64,000 bases of DNA. It comes from Bacillota bacterium. Lineage in GTDB: Bacteria; Bacillota; Sulfobacillia; Sulfobacillales; Sulfobacillaceae. Location of the stretch: NCBI GenBank assembly GCA_026627065.1, contig JAPNUO010000010.1, positions 14,179-78,178 of the forward strand, given 5' to 3'. Shown one piece after another: positions 10,235-19,866 of this stretch. Within the stretch, counting starts at the first letter, position 1, and every line of letters starts with the position of its first letter. The translations under genes were made by a program, and so were the position numbers. The notes below the pieces were generated by a model that saw only the letters and a list, made by a program, of their open reading frames with translations, did no database searches and had not been told where the DNA came from.

Positions 10235-11583
10235 TAGGACGCGACTTCTTTGCCAGTGGGCTTCCCGCCCTTGGGCACCAGGCTCCAGAGCAATCCCAAA
10301 GCCACCATGCCTGCCACTACCATGAGACTCGTGACCGACTCCTGGCTAAATACCAGGAGAATGCCGATGATGGCCACCAGCGCAGGAACCGGCCACGCCC
10401 ACATGCGATATGCCGGCCGATCGCGGCGATGGGTCACAAAGCTGGAGACTGCCACCCCCAAATACAACACCATGAGAAGAGACCCGGTGAAGATCACCAG
10501 CGATGTCAGCTGACTCACGAGGCAGATCGCCAGGTTAATCACGCCCAGCACGACGAAGGGACCGTATGGCACATCATGCCGGTTTAGCCGGAGAAAGAAG
10601 CCATTGATGGCGGGAGGCCACTGGTGGTCGCGGGCAATGGCGTAGTAAATGCGTCCGTATGTCAGGGTCGAGGCCAGCGCCGAGTCAAACTGCGCGACGA
10701 CCACCCCGGCGAGAATGGCCACCGCGCCCGCGGCCCCGATGGCGTCCTTGACCACCGAGGTCAATGGCAGGGTCGTGCTGACGTGGCGCAAATCGGGCAA
10801 AGCCAGCGTCGCTAGCAAAATCGCAAGAAATTCCATGCCGGCGATAAGCGCAATGTTAACCATCACGGTTTGACCCACGCCCCGCGGGTTGGTATGGGTC
10901 TCTTCGCTAAAGTAAAGGCTCGCCTCCCAGCCGTTGTAGGCAAACAGCGCCGACACGACAGACGCCAGGATGCCGGCCGCCGTGGCCCCCACCAACGCGT
11001 GGCCACCGGCACGCATCATCACCGGATGCACCAACACGGCGAGGGACTGGTGGATGTGAAGGGCCGCAATCACCATGAATCCCAGAAGCACCACCGACTC
11101 GAGGATAACCATGGCCGTGGCCACCCATCCCGAAATGCGAATGCCCTCAAAGGCAAAGATCAGAATAACCACGAGCACTGCCACCGCCGTCCAAGTGAGA
11201 GGAATGGCGGGAAAAATAGCTTGAAGGTAGGCTGCCGTCGCCAAACTCAGCACAGAGGGAATCACGATGCCCTTAAACAGAAAGAGCGACGTATAAATAC
11301 TGCCAATCCGCGGGCCAAGGGCTTGGGACACGATGGAGTAATCTCCTCCTGCGGTGTAAGGATAAGCGCTGGCACCTTCCGCATATGTCATGGCGATGCC
11401 AAACACCAAAATGATTCCAATGGCATAGCCCAGCACCAGTCCTGTTCCTGCCACTTGCCACGCCGATCCGTACGTGAGAAACACGGACGCAGTCGGCGAG
11501 GTCGCTGCCAATGCCAGCGCAACCGCCTGAAAGGTGTTCAGCTTGGGCGGTAAACGCTTCGGATTCCCGGACGCTTGACCCAT
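10234..11583 (-). CDS. APC-superfamily amino-acid permease
   Basis: About 12 predicted TM helices. The ATG at 11583 has an upstream GGGGGAAAGG. The track ORF start at 11634 has its SD abutting the ATG and is less likely. Confidence 0.85.
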   Translation of the reverse strand: MGQASGNPKRLPPKLNTFQAVALALAATSPTASVFLTYGSAWQVAGTGLVLGYAIGIILVFGIAMTYAEGASAYPYTAGGDYSIVSQALGPRIGSIYTSLFLFKGIVIPSVLSLATAAYLQAIFPAIPLTWTAVAVLVVILIFAFEGIRISGWVATAMVILESVVLLGFMVIAALHIHQSLAVLVHPVMMRAGGHALVGATAAGILASVVSALFAYNGWEASLYFSEETHTNPRGVGQTVMVNIALIAGMEFLAILLATLALPDLRHVSTTLPLTSVVKDAIGAAGAVAILAGVVVAQFDSALASTLTYGRIYYAIARDHQWPPAINGFFLRLNRHDVPYGPFVVLGVINLAICLVSQLTSLVIFTGSLLMVLYLGVAVSSFVTHRRDRPAYRMWAWPVPALVAIIGILLVFSQESVTSLMVVAGMVALGLLWSLVPKGGKPTGKEVAS

Positions 11584-11839
11584 GGGCTGTCGCCTGCCTT
11601 TCCCCCATAAAGCTTGCGCTTTCTCATCCCTCAACTCTTAATATTCTGTCGCTTATCATTTTCCTTGGCAACCTCATAGCTGATGACGACTGGCTCAGAT
11701 CCCTCTTGTTTGCGGAAGCTCCTTCATAAGGGCTTTCGCAGGCAATTCGCTCTCAATCGGGCCGCGCGAGGCACCTCACCGAATTCGGAAACCCAGGGAA
11801 TGGCGCGGGATCCGCTCCGACAGCCGAAGGGTAGCCTCC

Positions 11840-13099
11840 TCACGCCCCGTCGGGATCGACAAAAAGTTGATAGGGCAAAATGGGGCCGTTCGTCCATAAA
11901 GGATGATCCTCGAAATCGCTTGCCATGGCGAACCAGTAGTCGGCACTCCACTTGGCCAGAACGTAATAGCCCGGATGAAACATGAGCCACGGCACTTTTT
12001 GGCGGGCCCAGGCCAACCCAGTCCACCTTGAAAGCCAGACGGCCACCTCCTCCGGCTCTCGGCGCTCCGCAAAGATTTGGCAATCTGCATTCGCTAGCGC
12101 GTCCAGCCTTTGGCGTTGAAGCTCTGCCCACTGCGCGGCCACGGGCGGCCAGTCTACGCCGATGCTTTGAAAAAGGCCAGCGAGGGCAATCACTCCTCCC
12201 TCAAGAATGGGCGGTGGGGTTAGCACCCATGTTAAGTCGCCAAGCCCGGCGCGATGCCGCCAATAGGCCAACAGCATACCCCAGCCCAATCCCGTGCCAA
12301 CGCGCGCGCCGTACGCTAACCGCCTCTGGTCCACGCCCGGGCCCAGCCACCAACCGAAGAGCTCGTCGCGCCGCACCATCTCTGCCCCTAAGGGCAGATC
12401 AGGGGGCCACGCCAAGACATCCTGCATCGTCAAGGAGTGCGTCAGCGTCACCAACGGTTGGCGCTGGAGCGCGCGCCGATCCGCTCGCCACGCCTCAAGA
12501 TCCACGTGAGCGCTGTGAACCCACGCAAAGAACGGAGGCACCGGTGGGGGATCGTCCGATGAATCCAACTTGCTCAGAGAGGTCGTCAATGCGTCACCCA
12601 CCTCGCCCGCTGCCCAGCCCTGAAGAGACTCCGCCATCCGTGCCGCCTCCTGGCGAAACCACTCGCGATGCCAGGGGGTGCTAGAGAAAGTCCCCTGTAA
12701 CGTGTCGAGCCAGCCTAGGAATTGACGGGCCACGTCTGCTCGAGGATACCGCGTCCCCTCTGGATCGAGCACCTGAAGCGCGTCGAAGATGCCGTTCGCA
12801 TAGCGAAGCGCCATCGCCAGCTCGCGATGGGGCGGAGCCCGATCCAGCCGCAGGGCAGTCCAGCGAGCATAATGGGCCCAATGCTGCACTTCGGAATCCA
12901 GCTCTGGCGGAGTTTCTTCCGCCAACCGCCGCCAGCGTTCTCGCTCGGCAAGAACTGCTGCCTCATCCCACGGGGGGAACAGCAACGAGACCGTTCCTTC
13001 CGGATGCCACCACAGCCAGACGAGGGGATATCGCTCTTGGAGGAGTTTCCAGTAAGCCTCTTCCAACACCTTTTTAGTGACAGGGAACTTTGCGCTCAT
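11840..13099 (-). CDS. hypothetical Trp-rich protein, translationally coupled to the acyl-CoA synthetase
   Basis: 419 aa from MSAKFPVTKK. Its ATG overlaps the upstream TGA (ATGA at 13096-13099). I recognise no family. Confidence 0.6.
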   Translation of the reverse strand: MSAKFPVTKKVLEEAYWKLLQERYPLVWLWWHPEGTVSLLFPPWDEAAVLAERERWRRLAEETPPELDSEVQHWAHYARWTALRLDRAPPHRELAMALRYANGIFDALQVLDPEGTRYPRADVARQFLGWLDTLQGTFSSTPWHREWFRQEAARMAESLQGWAAGEVGDALTTSLSKLDSSDDPPPVPPFFAWVHSAHVDLEAWRADRRALQRQPLVTLTHSLTMQDVLAWPPDLPLGAEMVRRDELFGWWLGPGVDQRRLAYGARVGTGLGWGMLLAYWRHRAGLGDLTWVLTPPPILEGGVIALAGLFQSIGVDWPPVAAQWAELQRQRLDALANADCQIFAERREPEEVAVWLSRWTGLAWARQKVPWLMFHPGYYVLAKWSADYWFAMASDFEDHPLWTNGPILPYQLFVDPDGA

Positions 13100-14619
13100 T
13101 GGGGATCCTCCCTCGCTGGGGACACCCGCGCCCTCTCTGGGACGCGGCTGATCTCTTCGCGCAGCATGCGCTTTAAAATCTTGCCGGTTTCCGTTTTCGG
13201 CAAAGACCGGCAATAACTCCAGCTCTTGGGCACCTTGTACGACGGCAGGACGCGGCGGGCAAAAGCCTCCAGCGATTCTGGAGCAAGGCCTGGGCGCAAG
13301 ACCACCACGGCGTGAATGCGCTCGCCCCAGTACGGATCGGGAATGCCGACCACGGCGACATCGTCTACCGCTGGATGCAACTTGAGGCGGTTTTCAATTT
13401 CCACCGAGGAAATCTTTTCCCCGCCGGAATTAATCAAGTCTTTCTCCCGATCGACCAGATGAAACATCCCGCCGGCGTCCTGAAATCCCACATCGCCGGC
13501 GCAAAACCATCCCGGATCTGCCCCGCCGGGCGGGTTCGCCTGTCGGTGATACCCCGCAAAAACGCTGACCCCGCGGACTGCCAGGCGCCCCAGCTGACCT
13601 GGGGGGCAGATCTTCCCCTGCTCGTCGAGCACGGCCATCTCGTGACCAAAAGCCGGAACGCCAACCCCAAAATCCTCGCTGCCGACCGGTCCCAAAGAAA
13701 ACACCGCTTCCGTGGCAGAGTAAAGCACGGTCGTTTTGAGGCGGGGCCAAGCCTCGTGAATCATCCGGCGGGTGCGCCCCATTAATGGTGCGCTGGTCAC
13801 CACCAAGTGGCTGAGCGGCCCGTCGGCCATCGCTGTCCGCGCTTCGGGATGGTCCAGGAGCGCCTGCACCATCGTCGGCACCATAAACGCCACCGACGGC
13901 CGATAACTGCGAAGGGCTGCGGCCAAATTCTGGGGATCGAAGGGCGTCGCTAAAATCGCCGTGGCCCCGATCTGCAACGCCGCCAGCGTAAACCCAATGC
14001 CTCCCATGTGATACAGTGGATAAGGGTTCAAGATCCGGTCAGCCGACTGCAGGCCCAACGAGGTTGTCAGACTGTAGTTCCAGCCCCAGAGCGTGCGATG
14101 GGAATGCCGGGCCCCCTTGGGTTCTCCGGTCGTCCCGGAAGTATAGAGAAGGCCCGCCAGGTCATCATCGGCAGCGCCCTGGGAACCTAGCCCGGCTTTG
14201 CCTGCACTCCCAGCAAACCCTGCTACAGGAATCAGGCGAAGAGTTTGCCCCTCCGCCGCAAGCGGCGCCGCGGAAGAGGTATCCCCATCCACGAGGACCG
14301 CGCAACTGTCCGCATGACGCAGCTGCCGGCGCCAGTCAGCCGGCCAAAGTCTAGGGTTTAAGGGCATCCAGGCCGCTCCCAAACGATTCACGGCAAACAG
14401 GGCGACAATCGTCGTAATCGGCTCACTCAGCAAATAGGCCACGACGTCGTGGGCCGCGACACCCGCGTCGGCCATTGCGGCCGCCGCTTTTACGCTCGCC
14501 TCCTGAAGGCCGCGATAGGTGAGTTGGGCCCCCGTGCCGCTCTCGATTAGGGCTAGCTTCGACGGAGCAAAGTCGGCCCAGGCATCCAGATACCAGGGTG
14601 TCGTCATCGCATGCGGCAT
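13096..14619 (-). CDS. AMP-dependent synthetase/ligase (acyl-CoA synthetase family)
   Basis: 507 aa with the AMP-binding motif LLYTSGTTGEPKGARHSH, GWFCAGDVG, and a C-terminal PKTETGKILKR. Confidence 0.9.
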   Translation of the reverse strand: MPHAMTTPWYLDAWADFAPSKLALIESGTGAQLTYRGLQEASVKAAAAMADAGVAAHDVVAYLLSEPITTIVALFAVNRLGAAWMPLNPRLWPADWRRQLRHADSCAVLVDGDTSSAAPLAAEGQTLRLIPVAGFAGSAGKAGLGSQGAADDDLAGLLYTSGTTGEPKGARHSHRTLWGWNYSLTTSLGLQSADRILNPYPLYHMGGIGFTLAALQIGATAILATPFDPQNLAAALRSYRPSVAFMVPTMVQALLDHPEARTAMADGPLSHLVVTSAPLMGRTRRMIHEAWPRLKTTVLYSATEAVFSLGPVGSEDFGVGVPAFGHEMAVLDEQGKICPPGQLGRLAVRGVSVFAGYHRQANPPGGADPGWFCAGDVGFQDAGGMFHLVDREKDLINSGGEKISSVEIENRLKLHPAVDDVAVVGIPDPYWGERIHAVVVLRPGLAPESLEAFARRVLPSYKVPKSWSYCRSLPKTETGKILKRMLREEISRVPERARVSPAREDPQ

Positions 14620-14780
14620 CGCTCTCGCTCCCTACTTTGGCGTTCATCCATCATCCCTGGGTTATGCTATGGGGAATCCTCCCAAGATGCGCTAAGGCTG
14701 GAAAGAAATTGCTGGCCGAAACGCGGGAAAGAAGGCTTAACCAGCAACAATTTGCGTAGGGTAGTCGGAGGGAAGAATCT

Positions 14781-15242
14781 ATGGCATGGTCAACACCCTA
14801 CGGACGCTATCAGGTGGCGCCGCTGGAGCAAAAAGACATTCCCCAGGTCGCCGCCTTAGAGCGCTTAGTCTTTTTAGAACCGCTGCCTGAAGAAGGCTTG
14901 CGGGCGAAGCATCAATTGCCCACCGTCGTTTACCTGGCGGCCAAGGATGATAGCCGTGTGGTCGCTTACTTCGGGTTTGAAATCTTTGCCCCCTACGCCC
15001 ACGTCCTCGCCAATGCCACCCATCCCGACTACCGGCGGCAGGGCTTGGCCACTTTTCTTTTAACCGCCGCCGAACCCCTTGCGCGCGATCGGGGGGCTCG
15101 CGCCTTCGTCGGTGAAGTGCGCCGGTCGAATGCCCCCCAACTGGCGCTTCTCAAACAACTAGGATGGGTGCGTTCAGCCATCATCCCCGCCTTTTTCGGC
15201 AATGGTGAAGATGCTCACGTCGTCATCCGGGTGCTACCCTAG
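14781..15242 (+). CDS. GNAT N-acetyltransferase (RimI-like)
   Basis: 153 aa. Acetyl-CoA site HPDYRRQGLATFLL. SD GGAGGGAAG upstream. Confidence 0.85.
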   Translation: MAWSTPYGRYQVAPLEQKDIPQVAALERLVFLEPLPEEGLRAKHQLPTVVYLAAKDDSRVVAYFGFEIFAPYAHVLANATHPDYRRQGLATFLLTAAEPLARDRGARAFVGEVRRSNAPQLALLKQLGWVRSAIIPAFFGNGEDAHVVIRVLP

Positions 15243-16724
15243 TCCTTGGCGGTCGCGGAGTGTTCGCTCGGCGGCCGCCAGCGCTTCGTCCAGGCCAAAG
15301 GTGCCCAACAGGAGGAGCACACCGTGCGTTTCCAGCCGGCCGACCGCCGCTTCGAGGGCTTCCGGCAGTTCCTCATAGAGGTCCACGGACAGACGGAGCT
15401 CCCGGGCGCGGCCCATGAACGCGGCGCTCTCCTCGGGTCGGACCGCGTAATCCTCGGCCAATTGGCGCAGGTAACTCGCACTGAGGGTGGCAATCACCGG
15501 CGCAAAGTGAAGTTGGGCATCCCAGCGGGCCAGAACGTCGGCGATCGCGGCGTTCACCGCCGTACCGCGGTTGCCCCGGACAGCGTGCACGATAACCAGC
15601 GGCCGGCCCCACGAGCCCACGGTCGCCAAGACGGCGTCATAACTCGCTGGGTTCATGGCCACATCCGACACGAGAGTATAAGAGCCCACCTCGCGGATTT
15701 CGAGCCGCCGAGCGGCCGGGCGAAAGGTGCGCAGGGCATCCACGGCGCCTTCGGGATGGACCCCGAGGGTCAACGCCATGCCCAGGGCCGCCAGGGCATT
15801 CATAACGTTATGCTGGCCTGGCACAGGCAGCTCCACCGTGCCTCTCGGCACGTCTCCGGCGATCCACTCCCACCGCGAACCCTGCTCCCGCAGGATCACC
15901 CGGCGAGCTCGACTGTCCGCAGGGGACGTGACGCCAAAGAATCGGATTGAGCACGGCGCCCCGTCCGCTAATTCGCGAACGGCGGGATCATCGCCGTTTA
16001 AAAAGGCTGTCCCTCCCGGCTTCACATAGCTGAGAATGCGGGCTTTCGCCTGGCGATAGGCGTCAAAACTGCCGTGAAAATCCAGATGGTCCGGCGAAAT
16101 ATTGGTGATTGCTGCCGTATCAAGGGACAAACCTGCAATCCGACCCAGGGCCAGCGCGTGCGACGACACTTCCAAAATCGCGTGATGCGCTCCGTGGTTT
16201 CGCGCCTCTCGCAGGAACTGGTGCAGCCGAGGTGGGTCAGGCGTCGTCATTGAAGGACGATAAGGGGCGGGAATGCCCTCGACGCTGTTGGTGCTCCAAA
16301 AGGCCACGGCATGGCCCGTTTGAGCGAGGATGTGAGCCAGCATGTAGACCGTGGTGGTCTTGCCGTTGGTTCCGGTAATGCCGATGAGGCTCAGTTCCCG
16401 AGCAGGATGGCCATAGACGCGGGCTGACAACTCCGCCAAGACCGCTTGCGGATCTTCGACTTCCAGCCAAACCAGGCCGCGGGTCTCGATGAACCGAGCT
16501 CGGGCGCTGCCCCATGGCGCCAAAACGGCCACCGCGCCCTGCTTCACCGCGTCGCGGACATAATCCAGGCCGTGCCCATGCTGACCGGGCACCGCCACGA
16601 AAAGCGTCCCCGGCTTCACTCGTCGAGAGTCGTTTGCAATGTCCGACACCATGAGCGATCGATGGGCCGAGGTCAATCCCCAGCACGGAATGCCATCAAA
16701 TAATTGTCCCAAGAGTACTCCCAT
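15234..16724 (-). CDS. murE: UDP-N-acetylmuramoyl-L-alanyl-D-glutamate--2,6-diaminopimelate ligase
   Basis: Mur ligase blocks DSRRVKPGTLFVAV, GITGTNGKTTT, NISPDHLDFHG. ATG at 16724, with an alternative TTG at 16739. The 3' end overlaps the convergent GNAT gene by 9 nt. Confidence 0.9.
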   Translation of the reverse strand: MGVLLGQLFDGIPCWGLTSAHRSLMVSDIANDSRRVKPGTLFVAVPGQHGHGLDYVRDAVKQGAVAVLAPWGSARARFIETRGLVWLEVEDPQAVLAELSARVYGHPARELSLIGITGTNGKTTTVYMLAHILAQTGHAVAFWSTNSVEGIPAPYRPSMTTPDPPRLHQFLREARNHGAHHAILEVSSHALALGRIAGLSLDTAAITNISPDHLDFHGSFDAYRQAKARILSYVKPGGTAFLNGDDPAVRELADGAPCSIRFFGVTSPADSRARRVILREQGSRWEWIAGDVPRGTVELPVPGQHNVMNALAALGMALTLGVHPEGAVDALRTFRPAARRLEIREVGSYTLVSDVAMNPASYDAVLATVGSWGRPLVIVHAVRGNRGTAVNAAIADVLARWDAQLHFAPVIATLSASYLRQLAEDYAVRPEESAAFMGRARELRLSVDLYEELPEALEAAVGRLETHGVLLLLGTFGLDEALAAAERTLRDRQGLG

Positions 16725-16919
16725 GTTGCACCTCGCCAATGTCGTTAACCTATGCTATGGTCCGGCATCCTGAGGGGTGCTTGACCCGCTCATCCGCAAC
16801 AACATCGCTCGGTTGACCAAATGGACATACGAAATGTGTCGAACATGGGATAACATGGAGGTAACCTTCTGCCACTTTGCGCGGTTAATTTAATAGAATC
16901 CCGACAAGGAGAGTGCAGC

Positions 16920-18128
16920 ATGCGCACGTCAACCATCGCCGGCATTGTGGCCGCCGTCATTGTCGCTCTCGGCATTGTAGAAATTGTTCGTCCGGTCAGC
17001 CGCCCTGCCCTGGCCCTACGTATCCCGCACACCGCGCATGTGAGCGGCCCGCCGCTTCGCCTCCCCTGGCCCAGCGGCGTGCAGGCCGAGGTCGCTGTCA
17101 CGGGCGTCGGGCAATCCGCGCAGCACGGCCCGGCCGGACCCCGCCCCATCGGAAGCATGGCTAAAATGATGACCGCCTACCTGGTCCTCAAGGCCCATCC
17201 GCTGGGGCTTTACGCCAATGGCCCGACCCTCATCGTGACCCCCCGGGACGCCGCCATTTATCAGTCGGATGCCGCCACGAGCCAGTCGGTCTACCCCGTC
17301 AAGGCCGGCGAGCGCCTCTCCGAGCGCACGCTGCTGGAAGCGCTGTTGGTCCCGTCGGGCAACAATATTGCCACCATGTTGGCAGAGTGGGTTGGCGGGA
17401 GCGTTAGCCGCTTTACCGCCGAAATGAACGCCACCGCCAAGTCCCTCGGCCTGACCCAAACCCACTACCATGGGCCCGTTGGCCTCAATCCGGAGACCGA
17501 CAGCACGGCCCAAGACGAGCTGCACCTCGCCATGATCCTGATGAAAAATCCGGTCTTCCGGCAAATTGTGGCCATGCCGCAAATGCCGGTGCTGGGCACA
17601 GGCAAGATCACCTACAATTACAATTATCTCCTGGGCCACGACGGCGTGATTGGCGTCAAGACGGGCTCCACCACCGATTCCGGGGGGTGCGTGGTCCTAG
17701 CCCGGAACGTCAGCATCGGGTCGAAAACGGTGACGGAATATGCCGCCGTCCTGGGCCAGCCTGCCACACCGTCTCAACCGAGTCAACTGTGGGGCGCCCT
17801 CGACGATGCCAAGGCGCTAGTTGACAGTCTGGCTCATTCTATTAAAGAGACCACCCTTGTCTCCCCAGACACGGTGATTGGCCGCCTGACCGTTCCCTGG
17901 CAACACGCGGTCCCCTTGATCGCCACCCGCGCGGTGCGCCTCCTGGCTTGGCCGGGCCTTTCGTATTCCCTGAGCACGCGGATCCATGTCCCCACGGCAA
18001 CCAGCGTGCCCGCGCATACCATCGTCGGGACCCTCACCGTGCGCCTGGGAAACCAAACCGCCACGGTGCCCGTGGAAACGGCGACCGCCATCGTACCTCC
18101 TTCGCTCAAGTATCGACTTCTCCGGTAA
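16920..18128 (+). CDS. D-alanyl-D-alanine carboxypeptidase (S11, PBP5-type)
   Basis: 402 aa with an N-terminal TM/signal segment. SxxK (SMAK), SxN (SGNN) and KTG (KTGST) boxes occur in the canonical order. Confidence 0.88.
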   Translation: MRTSTIAGIVAAVIVALGIVEIVRPVSRPALALRIPHTAHVSGPPLRLPWPSGVQAEVAVTGVGQSAQHGPAGPRPIGSMAKMMTAYLVLKAHPLGLYANGPTLIVTPRDAAIYQSDAATSQSVYPVKAGERLSERTLLEALLVPSGNNIATMLAEWVGGSVSRFTAEMNATAKSLGLTQTHYHGPVGLNPETDSTAQDELHLAMILMKNPVFRQIVAMPQMPVLGTGKITYNYNYLLGHDGVIGVKTGSTTDSGGCVVLARNVSIGSKTVTEYAAVLGQPATPSQPSQLWGALDDAKALVDSLAHSIKETTLVSPDTVIGRLTVPWQHAVPLIATRAVRLLAWPGLSYSLSTRIHVPTATSVPAHTIVGTLTVRLGNQTATVPVETATAIVPPSLKYRLLR

Positions 18129-18180
18129 CAAGGCTGTCCGCTTGGCTCAGGCGTTTCTTCCCTAGAAAGAAGGATGCAGC

Positions 18181-19866
18181 ATGAGTACACATCGTCGTTC
18201 GTCGCGTCGTCGTCAGTCAGGCCGAGCCTGGTGGATCGCCGGTCTCGCGGTGTTGGGAGTGGCGGCGGTCGGATTGGCGCTCTTCGAGGCCTTGCCGCGG
18301 GTCAAGGCCGAAGAGGCCCCCAACGCCCTGGCCGATATCGATGTGCAAGGATGGGATGCCCATGTTGTCGACGCCACGTGGGTTCAAGGTGCGCAGGTGG
18401 TGCCCCTAACCGATCGGCAGGGCGACCTCATTCCTGATCGCCCGCTGGCCGCCGGAGAACGGGGCGAGGTCCGATTGGAGGTGGAAGGGCCGCCGCTCCT
18501 GGCCTTCTTGCCGGCAGACCGCATTCAGCGAACTTTGCGCGCCACCACACCGCCGGCTCCGGCCTTGGCCGCCACCCATCTGAGCCACAATCGCACCACC
18601 TATCTGGCGGTGCCATTCAAGACCCCGGTGACGCTCGTGCGCTACACCATCGACGGCCGCAGCCGGGAGGTGCGGGAGTCCGTGCCCTCCAAAGTCGTGC
18701 GGGTACCGCTGCCGCCGAGTAGGCCTGGCAGCAGCGGGTCGCTCACCGTGGAGGCTTGGTCAGCATCTTGGGAACCCGCGAGCGGCCCTCGCCGCATCAC
18801 CTGGGCCTCTGTGCCCTTTATTACCGCGTCGGCCTCGCCTGGGCCCGAAATGGCGCCAGACACGCCGCTCCGCATCACGTTCAGTGCCCCTATCGCCGAG
18901 GCTCATCTCAATCGTTGGCAAGTGCTACCAGAGACCCCAGGGCACTGGAAGCGCTTGAGCGCCACGACGTTTGAGTTCGTCCCGTCAAGTTCTTGGGGCT
19001 TTGGCCCCAATGCGCTCGTTGCCGTGAAGATTCCAGGCGGCCCAGAAGGGCCCGTGAGCCAAAACGGGTCGTATTTGGCTTCGGCCACCACGCTGACTTG
19101 GACCACCGCGCCCGGTTCCACCTTGCGGTTGCAAGAGCTGTTAGCCGAGGAAGGATACCTCCCGGTGATATGGAAGGCCAGTGTTTCGCAGCGGATCCCC
19201 GACACCTGGGCCGCTCAGGAGCGGGCCATTTACCAACCGCCGCAAGGCACCTTCGTGTGGAAGTACCCGAGGCTTCCCCAGGAACTCAAGTCGCTCTGGA
19301 AGCCGGGCGCGCTGACCGTGATGATCAAAGGGGCTATCATGCAGTTCGAACGGGTCAATGGCCTGACCGTCGACGGCATCGCCGGGCCAGCCGTCTGGCA
19401 CCGCCTCATCGAAGACCACCTGCGCGGGATCACGAGCCCGGATGGATACACGTACATAGATGTCACCGAAAATTTGCCGGAAACTCTAGAGCTCTGGGTG
19501 AATGGCAAGCTGGTGCTCAAATCCCTGGCCAACACGGGGATTCCGGCGACACCCACGTATCTCGGCACTTTTCCCATTTACGAACGCCTCACCTTTCAAA
19601 TCATGCGGGGGCACAATCCTAACGGCACCCCCTATGCCGATCCGGTGCACTGGATTAATTACTTCGAAGGGGGCGACGCAGTGCACGGTTTTCTTCGCGC
19701 CGCCTACGGTTTTCCGCAAAGCCTGGGCTGCGTGGAGCTGCCCATTCCCGTCGCCGAGACTGTGTATCACCTGGTGCACTACGGCACCCTAGTGACCGTC
19801 AACCCGCCAGGGGTCGCACCTGCCCCGGCAAACACCCAGCTGCCGGTGGAGGCGCCGGCGTCGTGA
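18181..19866 (+). CDS. L,D-transpeptidase (YkuD domain) with PG-binding domain, paralog 1
   Basis: 561 aa. N-terminal TM anchor, PG_binding_1-like MQFERVNGLTVDGIAGPAVWHRL, and the YkuD catalytic block HGFLRAAYGFPQSLGCVELP. Confidence 0.88.
   Translation: MSTHRRSSRRRQSGRAWWIAGLAVLGVAAVGLALFEALPRVKAEEAPNALADIDVQGWDAHVVDATWVQGAQVVPLTDRQGDLIPDRPLAAGERGEVRLEVEGPPLLAFLPADRIQRTLRATTPPAPALAATHLSHNRTTYLAVPFKTPVTLVRYTIDGRSREVRESVPSKVVRVPLPPSRPGSSGSLTVEAWSASWEPASGPRRITWASVPFITASASPGPEMAPDTPLRITFSAPIAEAHLNRWQVLPETPGHWKRLSATTFEFVPSSSWGFGPNALVAVKIPGGPEGPVSQNGSYLASATTLTWTTAPGSTLRLQELLAEEGYLPVIWKASVSQRIPDTWAAQERAIYQPPQGTFVWKYPRLPQELKSLWKPGALTVMIKGAIMQFERVNGLTVDGIAGPAVWHRLIEDHLRGITSPDGYTYIDVTENLPETLELWVNGKLVLKSLANTGIPATPTYLGTFPIYERLTFQIMRGHNPNGTPYADPVHWINYFEGGDAVHGFLRAAYGFPQSLGCVELPIPVAETVYHLVHYGTLVTVNPPGVAPAPANTQLPVEAPAS

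Noticed and set aside
11584-11839. Possible amino-acid riboswitch upstream of the APC permease
   Set aside because: I could not find T-box, lysine, glycine or SAM core motifs. It is left unannotated.
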